Assembly (NCBI GenBank): GCA_964019335.1
Contig: OZ025742.1
Span: 248,001 to 312,000, forward strand
DNA: 64,000 bases
Reading direction: 5' to 3'
From: Diplonema japonicum
Lineage: Eukaryota > Protista > Euglenozoa: Diplonemea
A program made the position numbers and the translations under genes. Positions 34,586-45,975 of the stretch are shown one piece after another. How positions within the stretch are numbered: position 1 is the stretch's first letter; each line of letters begins with the position of its first letter. The notes under the pieces are model-generated. The model saw nothing but the letters and a program-made list of their open reading frames with translations, made no database searches and was not told where the DNA came from.

Positions 34586-36161
34586 AAGAAGAAGAAAAAA
34601 AGAGGGGAAAGAAAGAAGAAAAAAGAGCACCCTGGCACTGAGAAACATCTTTGTGGAAAAACCAACGGAAAGCAATCCAATACCTCGAAGACACCGGGGA
34701 CCTGCTCCCCTCCGCAACAACTCCACAACAACCATCTAACCTGCTGAAGTAGCATGCCGATCGGAAGGCGGCTGAGGCACTTGTCATTTAATCAGAATCC
34801 CGAGATCCCATCCCTGATCCCCAAATAGAGAGTGTACCATCCTGTTTCTCGAGGAAACAGAGAACCTACCCCCTCCCCACCACAGCACCCGACCAATCAG
34901 ATGCAGCAGTGTGAAAAAAAAAAAAGCCCCCCTCTCCCCAAACAAAACAAACAAACAAACATTTCCCCACCCCCGATAACGTATAATTAAGAAAAAATAT
35001 GGGGGGGAAAGGATACTGAGGTGCGGCACCCTTAGTAGCCAAAAAGAAAAAAGTGTAAAGTGTTAAACAGCCAGCAAAGCTTGTGGAAAGAGAACACCAA
35101 GAAAAAAAAAGAGAGAAAAAAAGACCAGGACACCCCCTCCCCGGTCGTGAGAGGCCTATGGGTGTGGCACACCATGTCTGAAACGTTTAGCTCCCTTGAA
35201 GCTCACACCAGTGTGCGAGTTTGGCCCATTTTATTTTGGCACGTTGGCGATGGCTGTGGTGGTCGTCGCAAGAGCGCCTGCAGGAAGTATTGGACGATAA
35301 CAGTTAATGGGTTTCGTTTTTCTTCTTTTTTTCTTCTTTTTCTTCTTAGTTTATCACCGTTCTTACTGAGCGCCATTTGACTTGTCACCTTGATGTTAAA
35401 AGATCGACCCTTTTTTTTTTTTTTTTTTTTATTGCAGGCCGTTGCTAACCACTTCGTTCTGTTATTTTCATTATTCTTTCCGGCGATAGACTGATACGGG
35501 CCATGGAAGCAACCTCTGCTTAATTCCTGGTACGTGGGAGGCTCCTCTTGAGGATGTCAGTCACCTTTTCCCCTTTTTTATTCGACTCTCTGTTTTCGTA
35601 TGCAGTATTTATTCTTTTCCACCCCTTTTTATCTATTTTTTCGCTTCTCTATTCTAACTTAAAATCATTTCAGTAACCACTTCGTTCCGAATTTTTTTTC
35701 TTTCAAAAATGAAAAAATAAAGTGCTTTATTTTCCCTTGGGAAATATGGAAAACTTTATTACCCCACTTTCGTCACCAGGTGGTGGGGATAACATGGAAA
35801 GATAAAGAAGTACATCAGATGTGTTGTTCGCTGTTGACCTCCATGTTGGTCATCACCGGTAGCGCCCAAGTGGAAGAAGCGGGTTTGCAGCAAACTACAC
35901 GGGCTCAGAATCTTGGTTACCCGGGGCGCCCCGGCTGGGGTTGAGCTGCACACCGCACGCATTAAGGACACGACGCAGAACGCAGAAGAAGCTACAGCTA
36001 GGCTGAGGTGCGCCCCCTGTAATCAAGTGCTTGTGCAGGGTGCCCCCACCGGCTTCCTTTAAATCATCGAGTTTATTTTTCCCGGCTCTAGCCAAAATTC
36101 CTTTAGAGGGAATCCAGAAAATAAATAAAAAAAAAAAGAAGAAAAAAAAAAAAAAAAAAAA

Positions 36162-36993
36162 CAATTGTTTGACAAACGACAACAAGCGCATCGTGGTAAA
36201 GATGATAGAATGCGACACAGAAATTCAAATAGAGAGTGCGATTAGAGAGCTGCACAATCTGTGCTTCTTCACCTTCGAGGCCCCCCACAACCACATCATT
36301 CCCTTTGTGGACACATGGTTTGCAAACAATTCACTTTTCGTCTCGCTTCCTCGGTTCGAATTCCCGCTGGACGTCGTTTTAGAAAAAAAAATTGAAAAAC
36401 CACTGGCGTGTATTCCAGGGAAAATAAGAGAAGATCTCACAGTACAACTCCTGGCGGCGGTTATCCACCTCCATCAGCTGGGAATTGTACACCGTGACTT
36501 AAAACCGAGCAACGTTGTTGTGAACAAGGATTTATCAGAATTGTGCGTAATCGACTTGGGGAGCTTGAGAAAACCTAGCGTTGCAGGTGAACAAGGTCCG
36601 CCGTTAACTCCCGCGAAAAATTGCATGACAGAGGGGTACTTCCCTCCTGAAACACTTGTTGGCGTTGAAAAATCTTATGGCAGGGAAGCTGACAACTTTG
36701 CTGTCGGGCTGACTCTTGCATCAATGATAACTGGGGGTGAAATATTTGAAGACAACGAGAAGGTTGAGGACAAGCTTGACTCGCTGAAGCTGGAAAAGAA
36801 ACGGAGAGCTTTTGTTCAATCCCTGTTCCGCGGCATCAGAGGTATTCCCAACAGGGAGATTGACTGCATAACTAGTCTCCTTGCAGCTCACCCGGCGGCT
36901 CGAGCTACATCTGTTCAAGTTTTTAGAAAACTCACGGGGTCAGACACCCCACCCCCACCCTTTTTTACCCATTTTTTCGCTTCTCTATTCTGA
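36162..36993 (+). pseudogene. Duplicate truncated Ser/Thr kinase
   Basis: Near-identical to 10261-11092. Confidence 0.8.
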
Positions 36994-37151
36994 CTTAAAA
37001 TCATTTCAGCCACCTGATGTATTTTACGACGAACCACAATATGAAATGGGCGACGAAAACAAGATGCTTGACACCCTCAACTCACGGGGTCAGACACCCC
37101 ACCCCCACCTGATGTATTTTACGACGAACCACAATATGAAATGGGCGACGA

Positions 37152-37186
<35 letters not shown>

Positions 37187-37317
37187 TAACTCCATTCCCC
37201 CCCGCGCCTTTAGATTTTGCATTTTTTTTTCTTTGTGGTGTTTTTTATTTTTTTTTATTTTTTTTTATTTATTTTTTTTTTATATTATTATTACCGGATT
37301 CGTATTTATATTGTTAT

Positions 37318-38070
37318 CCCCTAAACGCCCAGAGCCTATCTATGGTACCCCCCCCCCCCATTTTCGTTGTTGCTTTAAATACTCAAAAAAAGGGCAGCAT
37401 GCAACCATAGGAAGGTGCAAGGAAAGGGTAAACGGTACTAAAGTTTTCAATTCCAGGTGCCAGATTCAGATGAGAACACTTAACTATGTGTGTAAGAGGG
37501 GGGTTGAGGGTGTACTTTTTATGTCCGATTTTGGGGGGGTCTTGTCGTGGGGGGTCCGTGGAGTTATGGCTGGGCTAAAAAGGGCAGCATTCAGCCCTAT
37601 TTGGTGCCCTGAACTCTAGGATTGAGGTCAGTCTGGAGACTTTTTGGGGCTGCGAGATGAAAAAAGCAACTTGTGAGTTTTTTTTCCAGCTGGGGTAGCA
37701 TGCCATCATCCTCCCTGGCGTGTTCCTTTTCAGGCTGTGGAAGGAAGCCGGAATGCTCCAGCAGTTCCTCCTGCAGGTCAAGCAGGAGTGCATCTTGTTT
37801 TCGTATAGCTTCTGATGGAGCCCCAGGGAACAGAAGAAGTTGTTGAAGGCGATACTACGGTGGGTTCCCAGCCAGGGGTCGACAGCACACATGACTAGGT
37901 CCTGTGTTGTGGACTTCTTGCTGCAAATGTTGAAATTCGCCAGGTAACCGTTTGATGAGTCGCATGTAGCGATTACCTTGATGCCCACCGAGTTGTTTTT
38001 TCGTGGTGCCATGACTTTCGTGGTGCCATGACTTTCATTGTTGTCCACCCATCAAAGGGGATAACACTGT
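37318..38070 (-). mobile_element. piggyBac fragment (duplicate of 11424-12156)
   Basis: Same sequence within block B copy 2. Confidence 0.85.
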
Positions 38071-38523
38071 GTAACAATGTGTACCGATCACGGGCAGTCA
38101 AGAAGCCATGGAGCGACATGTTTATTCGGAGTATAGGGGAGAGAAGCCAAAAATAATAAAAATAATCTTTTGTATTGTTCTGTAAAAAGTCCCAAGTTGG
38201 GTTCAAAATCCGAAAAAAAGTACATAATTTATACAGTACACTAAATCCCCAGACCATTATTAAAGCTGAACAATATAAATACAAATCCGGTATCTTTATT
38301 ATTATTATTATTATTAAATTCACCCCTTGAAAAGCATTGAAATAATGCATTTTCATTTAATAAATAGTTATTCGTCACCTTTTTCTTGAAGATGTTCGTT
38401 TCACAGTAGGTTTTTTTATTTTCTAGAGGTTCTTCTTCTTCATTTGACTCCTGCAGCCTTCGAGACAAAGCACACAGGGAAAATACATTAGAAAAAAAGA
38501 ATAAAAAACGAACCCAAAAGAAC

Positions 38524-40488
38524 ATGAATGGAAAGAGAGAGGGATCAGGTGAAGAGGTGAACGATATGACAGTGTTCGTGAAGACGGGAGGCGGGGTTCA
38601 CGATGTGGAAGTGTCGGGGAAGGAGACGGTGGGGATCCTGTACAAGAAGGCGGGGTGTGCTGCTGGTTTACTCGAAGGCAAGTTCGAACTGGTTTGGGAG
38701 GGAGAGGTCCTGGACAGGAACGGGGGTGAAGATATCCAGGAACTCGGGCTCGTGGAGGGCAGCGTGGTCCATGTGGAGGCGAAGATGAGAACCGTTCAGT
38801 TGGAGGAGCTTGAGAGCTCAGAAGTGGTTTCAGAGCTTGAGGAGCTTGTGACAGCTGACCCTGAGCTGGTTCTGGTGGTGGAGGTGGGGAACTCGCCAGC
38901 TGTCGAAGTCTTGTCCATGAAGACGACGGTCCTTCCTTCCGGACTTCGGTTCCTCGTTGTCACCGACTCCACAGGCTGTGTTACAAGGATAGGCTCTTGG
39001 TTTCTTGAAGAGTGCGACCACCTGACGTCTGTTGATCTCATCCTCCCCAATGTTTCCACCATTGATGAAAATCTTTTATATGGGTGCAAAAATCTAGAAA
39101 CCATCAACTTGAATGCGATGACCAATCTTTCTTCCATTGGTGATGGCTTCTTGGAAGGGTGCGTAAAACTAGAAACCATCGACTTGAATGCGATGACCAA
39201 TCTTTCTTCTATTGGTGATTACTTCTTGTCTGAGTGCATAAAACTAGAAACCATCAACTTGAATGCGATGACCAATCTTTCTTCTATTGGTGATCGCTTC
39301 TTGGAAGAGTGCGAAAAACTAGAAACCATCAACTTGAATGCGATGACCAATCTTTCTTCCATTGGTAATCGCTTCTTGTTTAGGTGCGTAAAACTAGAAA
39401 CCATCAACTTGAATGCGATGACCAATCTTTCTTCTATTGGTCATTACTTCTTGTCTGAGTGCATAAAACTAGAAACCATCAACTTGAATGCGATGACCAA
39501 TCTTTCTTCCATTGGTGATCGCTTCTTGTTTGGGTGCGAAAAACTAGAAACCATCAACTTGAATGCGATGACCAATCTTTCTTCTATTGGTCATTACTTC
39601 TTGGAGGGGTGCAAAAAACTAGAAACCATCGACTTGAATGCGATGACCAATCTTTCTTCCATTGGTGATAGCTTCTTGTTTGGGTGCAAAAAACTAGAAA
39701 CCATCAACTTGAATGCGATGACCAATCTTTCTTCTATTGGTTATTACTTCTTGTCTGGGTGCGAAAAACTAGAAACCATCGACTTGAATGCGATGACCAA
39801 TCTTTCTTCTATTGGTGATTACTTCTTGGAGGGGTGCAAAAAACTAGAAACCATCAACTTGAATGCGATGACCAATCTTTCTTCCATTGGTGATTACTTC
39901 TTGGAGGGGTGCAAAAAACTAGAAACCATCGACTTGAATGCGATGACCAATCTTTCTTCCATTGGTGATCGCTTCTTGTTAGGGTGCGTAAAACTAGAAA
40001 CCATCGACTTGAATGCGATGACCAATCTTTCTTCCATTGGTCATTGCTTCTTGTTAGGGTGCGAAAAACTAGAAACCATCGACTTGAATGCGATGACCAA
40101 TCTTTCTTCCATTGGTCATTACTTCTTGGAGGGGTGCGAAAAACTAGAAACCATCGACTTGAATGCGATGACCAATCTTTCTTCCATTGGTCATTACTTC
40201 TTGGAGGGGTGCGAAAAACTAGAAACCATCGACTTGAATGCGATGACCAATCTTTCTTCCATTGGTGATGGCTTCTTGGAAGGGTGCGTAAAACTAGAAA
40301 CCATCAACTTGAATGCGATGACCAATCTTTCTTCCATTGGTGATCGCTTCTTGTTTGGGTGCGAAAAACTAGAAACCATCGACTTGAATACGTTGACCAA
40401 TCTTTCTTCCATTGGTGATGGCTTCTTGTCTGGGTGCGTAAAACTAGAATCTGTCGACTTGAATTTAAAAAGAAAAGTCGGTGTTTAG
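38524..40488 (+). CDS. Ubl-LRR array gene 8, 654 aa, 18 modules
   Basis: Same architecture; length = 504 + 6x25 aa. Confidence 0.92.
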   Translation: MNGKREGSGEEVNDMTVFVKTGGGVHDVEVSGKETVGILYKKAGCAAGLLEGKFELVWEGEVLDRNGGEDIQELGLVEGSVVHVEAKMRTVQLEELESSEVVSELEELVTADPELVLVVEVGNSPAVEVLSMKTTVLPSGLRFLVVTDSTGCVTRIGSWFLEECDHLTSVDLILPNVSTIDENLLYGCKNLETINLNAMTNLSSIGDGFLEGCVKLETIDLNAMTNLSSIGDYFLSECIKLETINLNAMTNLSSIGDRFLEECEKLETINLNAMTNLSSIGNRFLFRCVKLETINLNAMTNLSSIGHYFLSECIKLETINLNAMTNLSSIGDRFLFGCEKLETINLNAMTNLSSIGHYFLEGCKKLETIDLNAMTNLSSIGDSFLFGCKKLETINLNAMTNLSSIGYYFLSGCEKLETIDLNAMTNLSSIGDYFLEGCKKLETINLNAMTNLSSIGDYFLEGCKKLETIDLNAMTNLSSIGDRFLLGCVKLETIDLNAMTNLSSIGHCFLLGCEKLETIDLNAMTNLSSIGHYFLEGCEKLETIDLNAMTNLSSIGHYFLEGCEKLETIDLNAMTNLSSIGDGFLEGCVKLETINLNAMTNLSSIGDRFLFGCEKLETIDLNTLTNLSSIGDGFLSGCVKLESVDLNLKRKVGV

Positions 40489-41223
40489 AAGAAGAAGAAA
40501 AAAAGAGGGGAAAGAAAGAAGAAAAAAGAACACCCTGGCACTGAGAAACATCTTTGTGGAAAAACCAACGAAAAGCAATCCAATACCTCGAAGACACCGG
40601 GGACCTGCTCCCCTCCGCAACAACTCCACAACAACCATCTAACCTGCTGAAGTAGCATGCCGATCAGAAGGCGGCTGAGGCACTTGTCATTTAATCAGAA
40701 TCCCGAGATCCCATCCCTGATCCCCAAATAGAGAGTGTACCATCCTGTTTCTCGAGGAAACAGAGAACCTACCCCCTCCCCACCACAGCACCCGACCAAT
40801 CAGATGCAGCAGTGTGAAAAAAAAAAAAGCCCCCCTCTCCCCAAACAAAACAAACAAACAAACATTTCCCCACCCCCGATAACGTATAATTAAGAAAAGT
40901 ATGGGGGGGAAAGGATACTGAGGTCCGGCACCCTTAGTAGCCAAAAAAAAAAAGAAAGTGTAAAGTGTTAAACAGCCAGCAAAGCTTGTGGAAAGAGAAC
41001 ACCAAGAAAAAAAAAGAGAGAGAAAAAAAGACCAGGACCACCCCCGATAACGTATAATTAAGAATAAAAATTGTGGGGGGGGAAGGATACTGAGGTCTGG
41101 CACCAGCGGATGAGGATGCGGGAAAGAGGGTTGCACTGCTTTCCCTGGAGGAATTTTTTTTATTTTTTTTTATTTATTTTTTTTTTTATATTATTATTAC
41201 CGGATTCGTATTTATATTGTTAT

Positions 41224-41747
41224 CCCCTAAACGCCCAGAGCCTATCTATGGTACCCCCCCCCCCCCCCCCCCCCATTTTCGTTGTTGCTTTAAATACTCA
41301 AAGAAAAAGGGCAGCATGCAACCATAGGAAGGTGCAAGGAAAGGGTAAACGGTACTAAAGTTTTCAATTCCAGGTGCCAGATTCAGATGAGAACACTTAA
41401 CTATGTGTGTAAGAGGGGGGTTGAGGGTGTACTTTTTATGTCCGATTTTGGGGGGGTCTTGTCGTGGGGGGTCCGTGGAGTTATGGCTGGGCTAAAAAGG
41501 GCAGCATTCAGCCCTATTTGGTGCCCTGAACTCTAGGATTGAGGTCAGTCTGGAGACTTTTTGGGGCTGCGAGATGAAAAAAGCAACTTGTGAGTTTTTT
41601 TTCCAGCTGGGGTAGCATGCCATCATCCTCCCTGGCGTGTTCCTTTTCAGGCTGTGGAAGGAAGCCGGAATGCTCCAGCAGTTCCTCCTGCAGGTCAAGC
41701 AGGAGTGCATCTTGTTTTCGTATAGCTTCTGATGGAGCCCCAGGGAA
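41224..41747 (-). mobile_element. Shorter piggyBac terminal fragment of the same family
   Basis: Matches 11424-11935. Confidence 0.85.
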
Positions 41748-42226
41748 CAAGCCCCCCTCTCCCCAAACAAAACAAAACAAACAAACATTTCCCCACCCCC
41801 GATAACGTATAATTAAGAAGGAAAAATTATGGGGAGGGGAAGGATACTGAGGACTTTTGAGGAATATTTGTTGTTACCTCAAGTTAGTTACCGTTCTTGC
41901 TGAGCGCCGTTTGACTTTGTCACCTTGATGTTAAAAGATCGACCTTTTTTATTCTTCTTCTTTTTTTATTTTTTATTTTCTTCTGATGACCGTGGTGGTC
42001 GAGCTTTCTTTACCTCTCCACTTTCGGGGCGAAGTTTAACAAGGGTGACCGCTGTGTCACATTCCGCATGGCACCACTAAAATCGAGTCCCCCCTCCCCC
42101 TTCTTTTTTCCAGTGTGTCTTCTCTTTTTGTTGTTCTTCTTTCACAAGCATTATTATTGTGCGCCTGTGGTGTGGGTTTACCTTCAACACGAATACAGGG
42201 GGTGGGGGAAGAAGAAGAAAAAAAAA

Positions 42227-43600
42227 ATGGCGCCGGTGGGAGCATCAACGCCAACACAGTGCAAGTACCTGCCGATTTGGCATCAGAGGATAATGGAAGA
42301 GTCGGAGCTAAGCCGGGAGAAGAAGAACAAAATGCTCATATTTTTCAAGGGGCTGTTGGTGGCTCTCCTGCGGTGCAAACCGCGCAACCCCATCAGCTTC
42401 TGTGAGAAGTACGTTGAAGAAAAAGTAGAAGGCGACGAACTAGAAACCAGCCTGTGCAGAAGCTGGAGGGGAGACTTCAACACCTACGACTTCACCAGAG
42501 ACACCTCAGACGTGTTCCAAGTAAATAACCGAGATGTCTATGGGGAGTACGAGACTATTAGAAAAACCCTCGACTTCAACTACCACGGTAACTACTCAAA
42601 AACCCGACAAGCAGTCCAAGACATAGCGGTCTCCGACGTTGTCCTGGGCGGTGAACTCAAATCCGAACCCTGGCTCGTCTACACAGCAGGAGCAATGGGG
42701 GCTGGGAAGTCCCATGTTATCAGGTGGATGTCCGACCACGGGTATTTCCCACTACCGGACATCGTTCAAATAGACCCCGATCGGTTCAAAGAAATGCTCC
42801 CAGAATGGCAGGGCTACGTGGAGCATGACCCCATGCAAGCTGGGGGTAGAATGCGCAAGGAATCCGGGTATCTAGTTGAAATCGCACAGCACAAGGCAAT
42901 GGACATGGGCAAGAACGTGTGGGTGGACGGGTCCCTGCGGGACGGGGAGTGGTACGCAAGGCAGCTAAAGATCATCAAGGAAAAATACCCGCATTACAGG
43001 GTGGCCATCATACACGTGTTGGCGGACTTCGACATCGTTGTGAACAGAGCAGATGAACGAGGGGTGTCGACTGGGAGGTACGTACCTGTTGAGGAGATCA
43101 AGGACAGTTTTGAAAGAGTCCCTCTTGTTGTTGAGGAACTCTCAAAGTTGTGCGATTTCGTTGCGCACATCCGTAACAACGGAGGCGATCCAAAGCTTGA
43201 GGTATACTGTCACGACAGCGAACGACACACCGCCGGGGACTGGGAGGCCGTTCGTAACCGGTTCGCCACCCACAACGAACTGACCCAAAGCTGGTCCGCG
43301 CACGTCCACGAAACCCTGCGCACCCACGACGTCGTCCTGTTCACGAAATCCTACTGTAGTTACTGTAAGAAGGTCATCAAGCTGCTACACGACTACGTAG
43401 ATCTTCCTGGTGCGCTTCACATTGTGGAGCTGGACACCCTTGCCATAGGCGGGGTTGGCATACAGCTGGAGCTCGGAAAGATTACAGGCGTGCGCACTGT
43501 TCCTCTGTTATTCTACAAGGGTGTTTTTCGTGGGACGTGTGACGACGTCAAGAACCATGTTAAAAACTGCACAACCTCTGAGTTGTTTTGCGTGGAATAA
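42227..43600 (+). CDS. Zeta-toxin-like P-loop kinase with N-terminal RIIa/Dpy-30-like D/D motif and C-terminal glutaredoxin domain
   Basis: FFKGLLVALLRCKPRNPISFCEKY (D/D-like). Walker A GAMGAGKS plus IDPDRFKEMLPEW and VWVDGSL (zeta-toxin family pattern). FTKSYCSYC...RTVP...GTCDD (Grx). Start chosen at the ATG after the A-tract. Confidence 0.85.
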   Translation: MAPVGASTPTQCKYLPIWHQRIMEESELSREKKNKMLIFFKGLLVALLRCKPRNPISFCEKYVEEKVEGDELETSLCRSWRGDFNTYDFTRDTSDVFQVNNRDVYGEYETIRKTLDFNYHGNYSKTRQAVQDIAVSDVVLGGELKSEPWLVYTAGAMGAGKSHVIRWMSDHGYFPLPDIVQIDPDRFKEMLPEWQGYVEHDPMQAGGRMRKESGYLVEIAQHKAMDMGKNVWVDGSLRDGEWYARQLKIIKEKYPHYRVAIIHVLADFDIVVNRADERGVSTGRYVPVEEIKDSFERVPLVVEELSKLCDFVAHIRNNGGDPKLEVYCHDSERHTAGDWEAVRNRFATHNELTQSWSAHVHETLRTHDVVLFTKSYCSYCKKVIKLLHDYVDLPGALHIVELDTLAIGGVGIQLELGKITGVRTVPLLFYKGVFRGTCDDVKNHVKNCTTSELFCVE

Positions 43601-43784
43601 TAATTAAAAAGTTTTTTCGAGGGGGGGGTTCTTTTTAAGGGAACAAGAACAGAGTGAATTTAAAAAAAAAAAAAGAAAGAAGAATTTAAAAAAAAAAAAA
43701 AAAACTCACCCACTCTTGTCCCTGTAGTACACTCTGCGTCACGGGACTCAGTTGCTGGGGAGAGAGAACCAGAAGGAGATATGT

Positions 43785-43980
43785 TTTTGTTTTTATTTTT
43801 ATTTTTATTTTTATTTTTATTTTTATTTTTATTTTTATTTTTATTTTTATTTTTATTTTTATTTTTATTTTTATTTTTATTTTTATTTTTATTTTTATTT
43901 TTATTTTTATTTTTATTTTTATTTTTATTTTTATTTTCTATTTTCTATTTTTATTTTCTATTTTCTATTTTTATTTTTTT
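43785..43980. repeat. (TTTTTA)n microsatellite
   Basis: Read directly from the sequence. Confidence 0.97.
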
Positions 43981-44565
43981 CTGTTCTACTTTCACGCAAC
44001 GAATTAACGATAAAAAAAAACAAAAAACTCTAACTTTTATGTGCCACATTTCTTCCCTCCTAAAAGAAATGCGCATTTCTTTCTTCAAACCCCCCCCCCC
44101 CCCCTTTCTTTTCAGGATGAACTAGAAATATTCGTTATTTGTAATTATCTATAAAAAGTGAAAAGAAATGAAGAAGAGAAAAAAAAAACTGTAATCTGAT
44201 ACGCACAGAATAAAAAAAGATTTCCTTCCCGCTCTCTCCCCCTTCTTTTCCCATGGTGCCAAACGATGAAGATGTGAGGTGGGGTCAACAAAACACCAAT
44301 TTTGTCTCCAATCTCCTTTCTGTTTTGTGTTATCTTTCTCAGGGGAAGGGGGTCAAAGAAGCACTAGTTCTGGTTCTTACCAGCCCCTCCTTCCCTCCCC
44401 CCCCCTTTTTTTTCTGGTTAGTTGTACAAAAGAAAACATTCGAGGGAGAGAGGGAAAGATGGCGGAAAAGAAATAAGATCAGAACCGTCTTTACAAGACT
44501 TTACTTACACATTCCAGTGTCATGATCCCAAAGAACCCCCTTTTTTATTCTTTTTTTTTTTTTAA

Positions 44566-45975
44566 CCATTAAGCCCACAGGCAAAAAACCGAAAAAAGCC
44601 CATTTTTGAGGCGATTCCAAAAAATTCAAAAGAATGGCAGCATTTAACCATACAAAGTGTGCTTTTTATGGAGAAATGACCTCTGGAGACATTCAGGTAT
44701 CAGGGTTCCCCTGAACTGGCTTTTGAACTTATGGTTTTGACCCAACACCCTTTTTTGGTAGGGGGGGGGAAGAGGAGTAGAAAAAAGTGTAAAATAAATA
44801 ATAATAAAATGCACTAAAAACCCCTTGTCTATTCTAGCCCAGATTTAGCTTGCGTTTCACACCTCTCTGGCCAGTGGAGGGGGTCCGGGGGTCCATCAGT
44901 GAGTTTCTGGTACTTGTCGGTGTTTCGGGCTCCTGAAGATCATCCTAGGTGATGTCTTCGTTCAGGTGGTAAAGCCAAAAGCAAGGTGTGGAACATTCAT
45001 AGCCAGAGGACCTTCTGGGACCCATGCAATGATGGACTACGCACCTATTATGCTAATTTTTGCAGGAAAATGCTCTTTTGATGCGGTCAAACCTTACATC
45101 CTTCGAGTCTTGTGGTCTCGATGGTGCAGGTTCTTTGCCCATGCATTTACAGAGGCCGTGTGCGATGCATTCTTCCAGTTCATTGAACTTGATGGGGGAA
45201 TTGACGCACTTCGCAAGTACCCAGCAGTTGAAGAGGCTTTTGTCAAGCAGGAACCTTAATATTTTCATCTGTCACCGGCGGCTTTGGACCACTTTGTGTT
45301 GCGTTGGGTGGCAGCGTCGTTCCCATCTACACCCCTCATAAGGGAGGTGTAGGTTTCAACGACCTTTGGATGGGAAAGGCGACCCTGGACTTTTTCTTTC
45401 CCTGAGTATGCATAATGGAGTCAGGATCGGTTTTCCAGTAGTCACGGAAGTTGGGACGGGTGGTGAGGTCCATTAACACCCATAGGCCCAGAAACGCTCG
45501 GATTTCGGCTTCCGTGACTCTTTTGTCGATTTTGCGGCGCTCTAGGTGGTTGTTTGTGAATGCTGTCAGGCATCGGAGGGTGTATGGTGTAAAAAACGAA
45601 TAAAAAAGCTGGAGAGGGCTCTTCCCTGTTGGATCGTCTGCTGGTTCGATTACACTGCCTCTTTCCACCCCATTCCCCCCAATTCTTCCACACTTTCCTC
45701 CCCCCAAGTACTACTAGACTCAGAACTACCATTTTCTGACATTTCTTTGCATTCTTCATCACTTACGACCAGCCCTCTGCTCCAGTCGAGTATTCTTCAT
45801 TCTCAAATCATTTCCCCCCGGATTTTCGACCCCTCAAATTCTTAAAATAATGCTGAAAAAGGGCAGCATTTAGCCAAACAAAGTGGAAAAAATCGCGCAA
45901 TGGCGTCAGAAAAGTGAAAGAAAGGTCATAATTTGACCAAAAGGCCTATACATATATGACATGTGGGTTTAATGG
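44566..45975 (-). mobile_element. Internally deleted piggyBac with both ends intact
   Basis: TTAA at 44562-44565 and 45976-45979. TIR CCATTAA[G/A]CCCACA (14 bp, 1 mismatch). Minus-strand SPLQLFYSFF...EIRAFLGLWVLM...RDYW and FLLDKSLFNCWVL are present; the catalytic core is missing. Confidence 0.92.

Larger units (their letters stand above)
34586..38523. repeat. Spacer block B (copy 2)
   Basis: Near-identical to 8687-12606, with an extra ~17-bp tandem duplication near 38000. Confidence 0.95.

Noticed and set aside
536-40412. Numerous minus-strand ORFs (MVIAFKLMVSSF...)
   Set aside because: They are antisense shadows of the LRR repeat, broken wherever a Tyr codon creates a stop.
43752-44125. 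FYFYFY / FLFLFL ORFs
   Set aside because: Translations of the (TTTTTA)n microsatellite.
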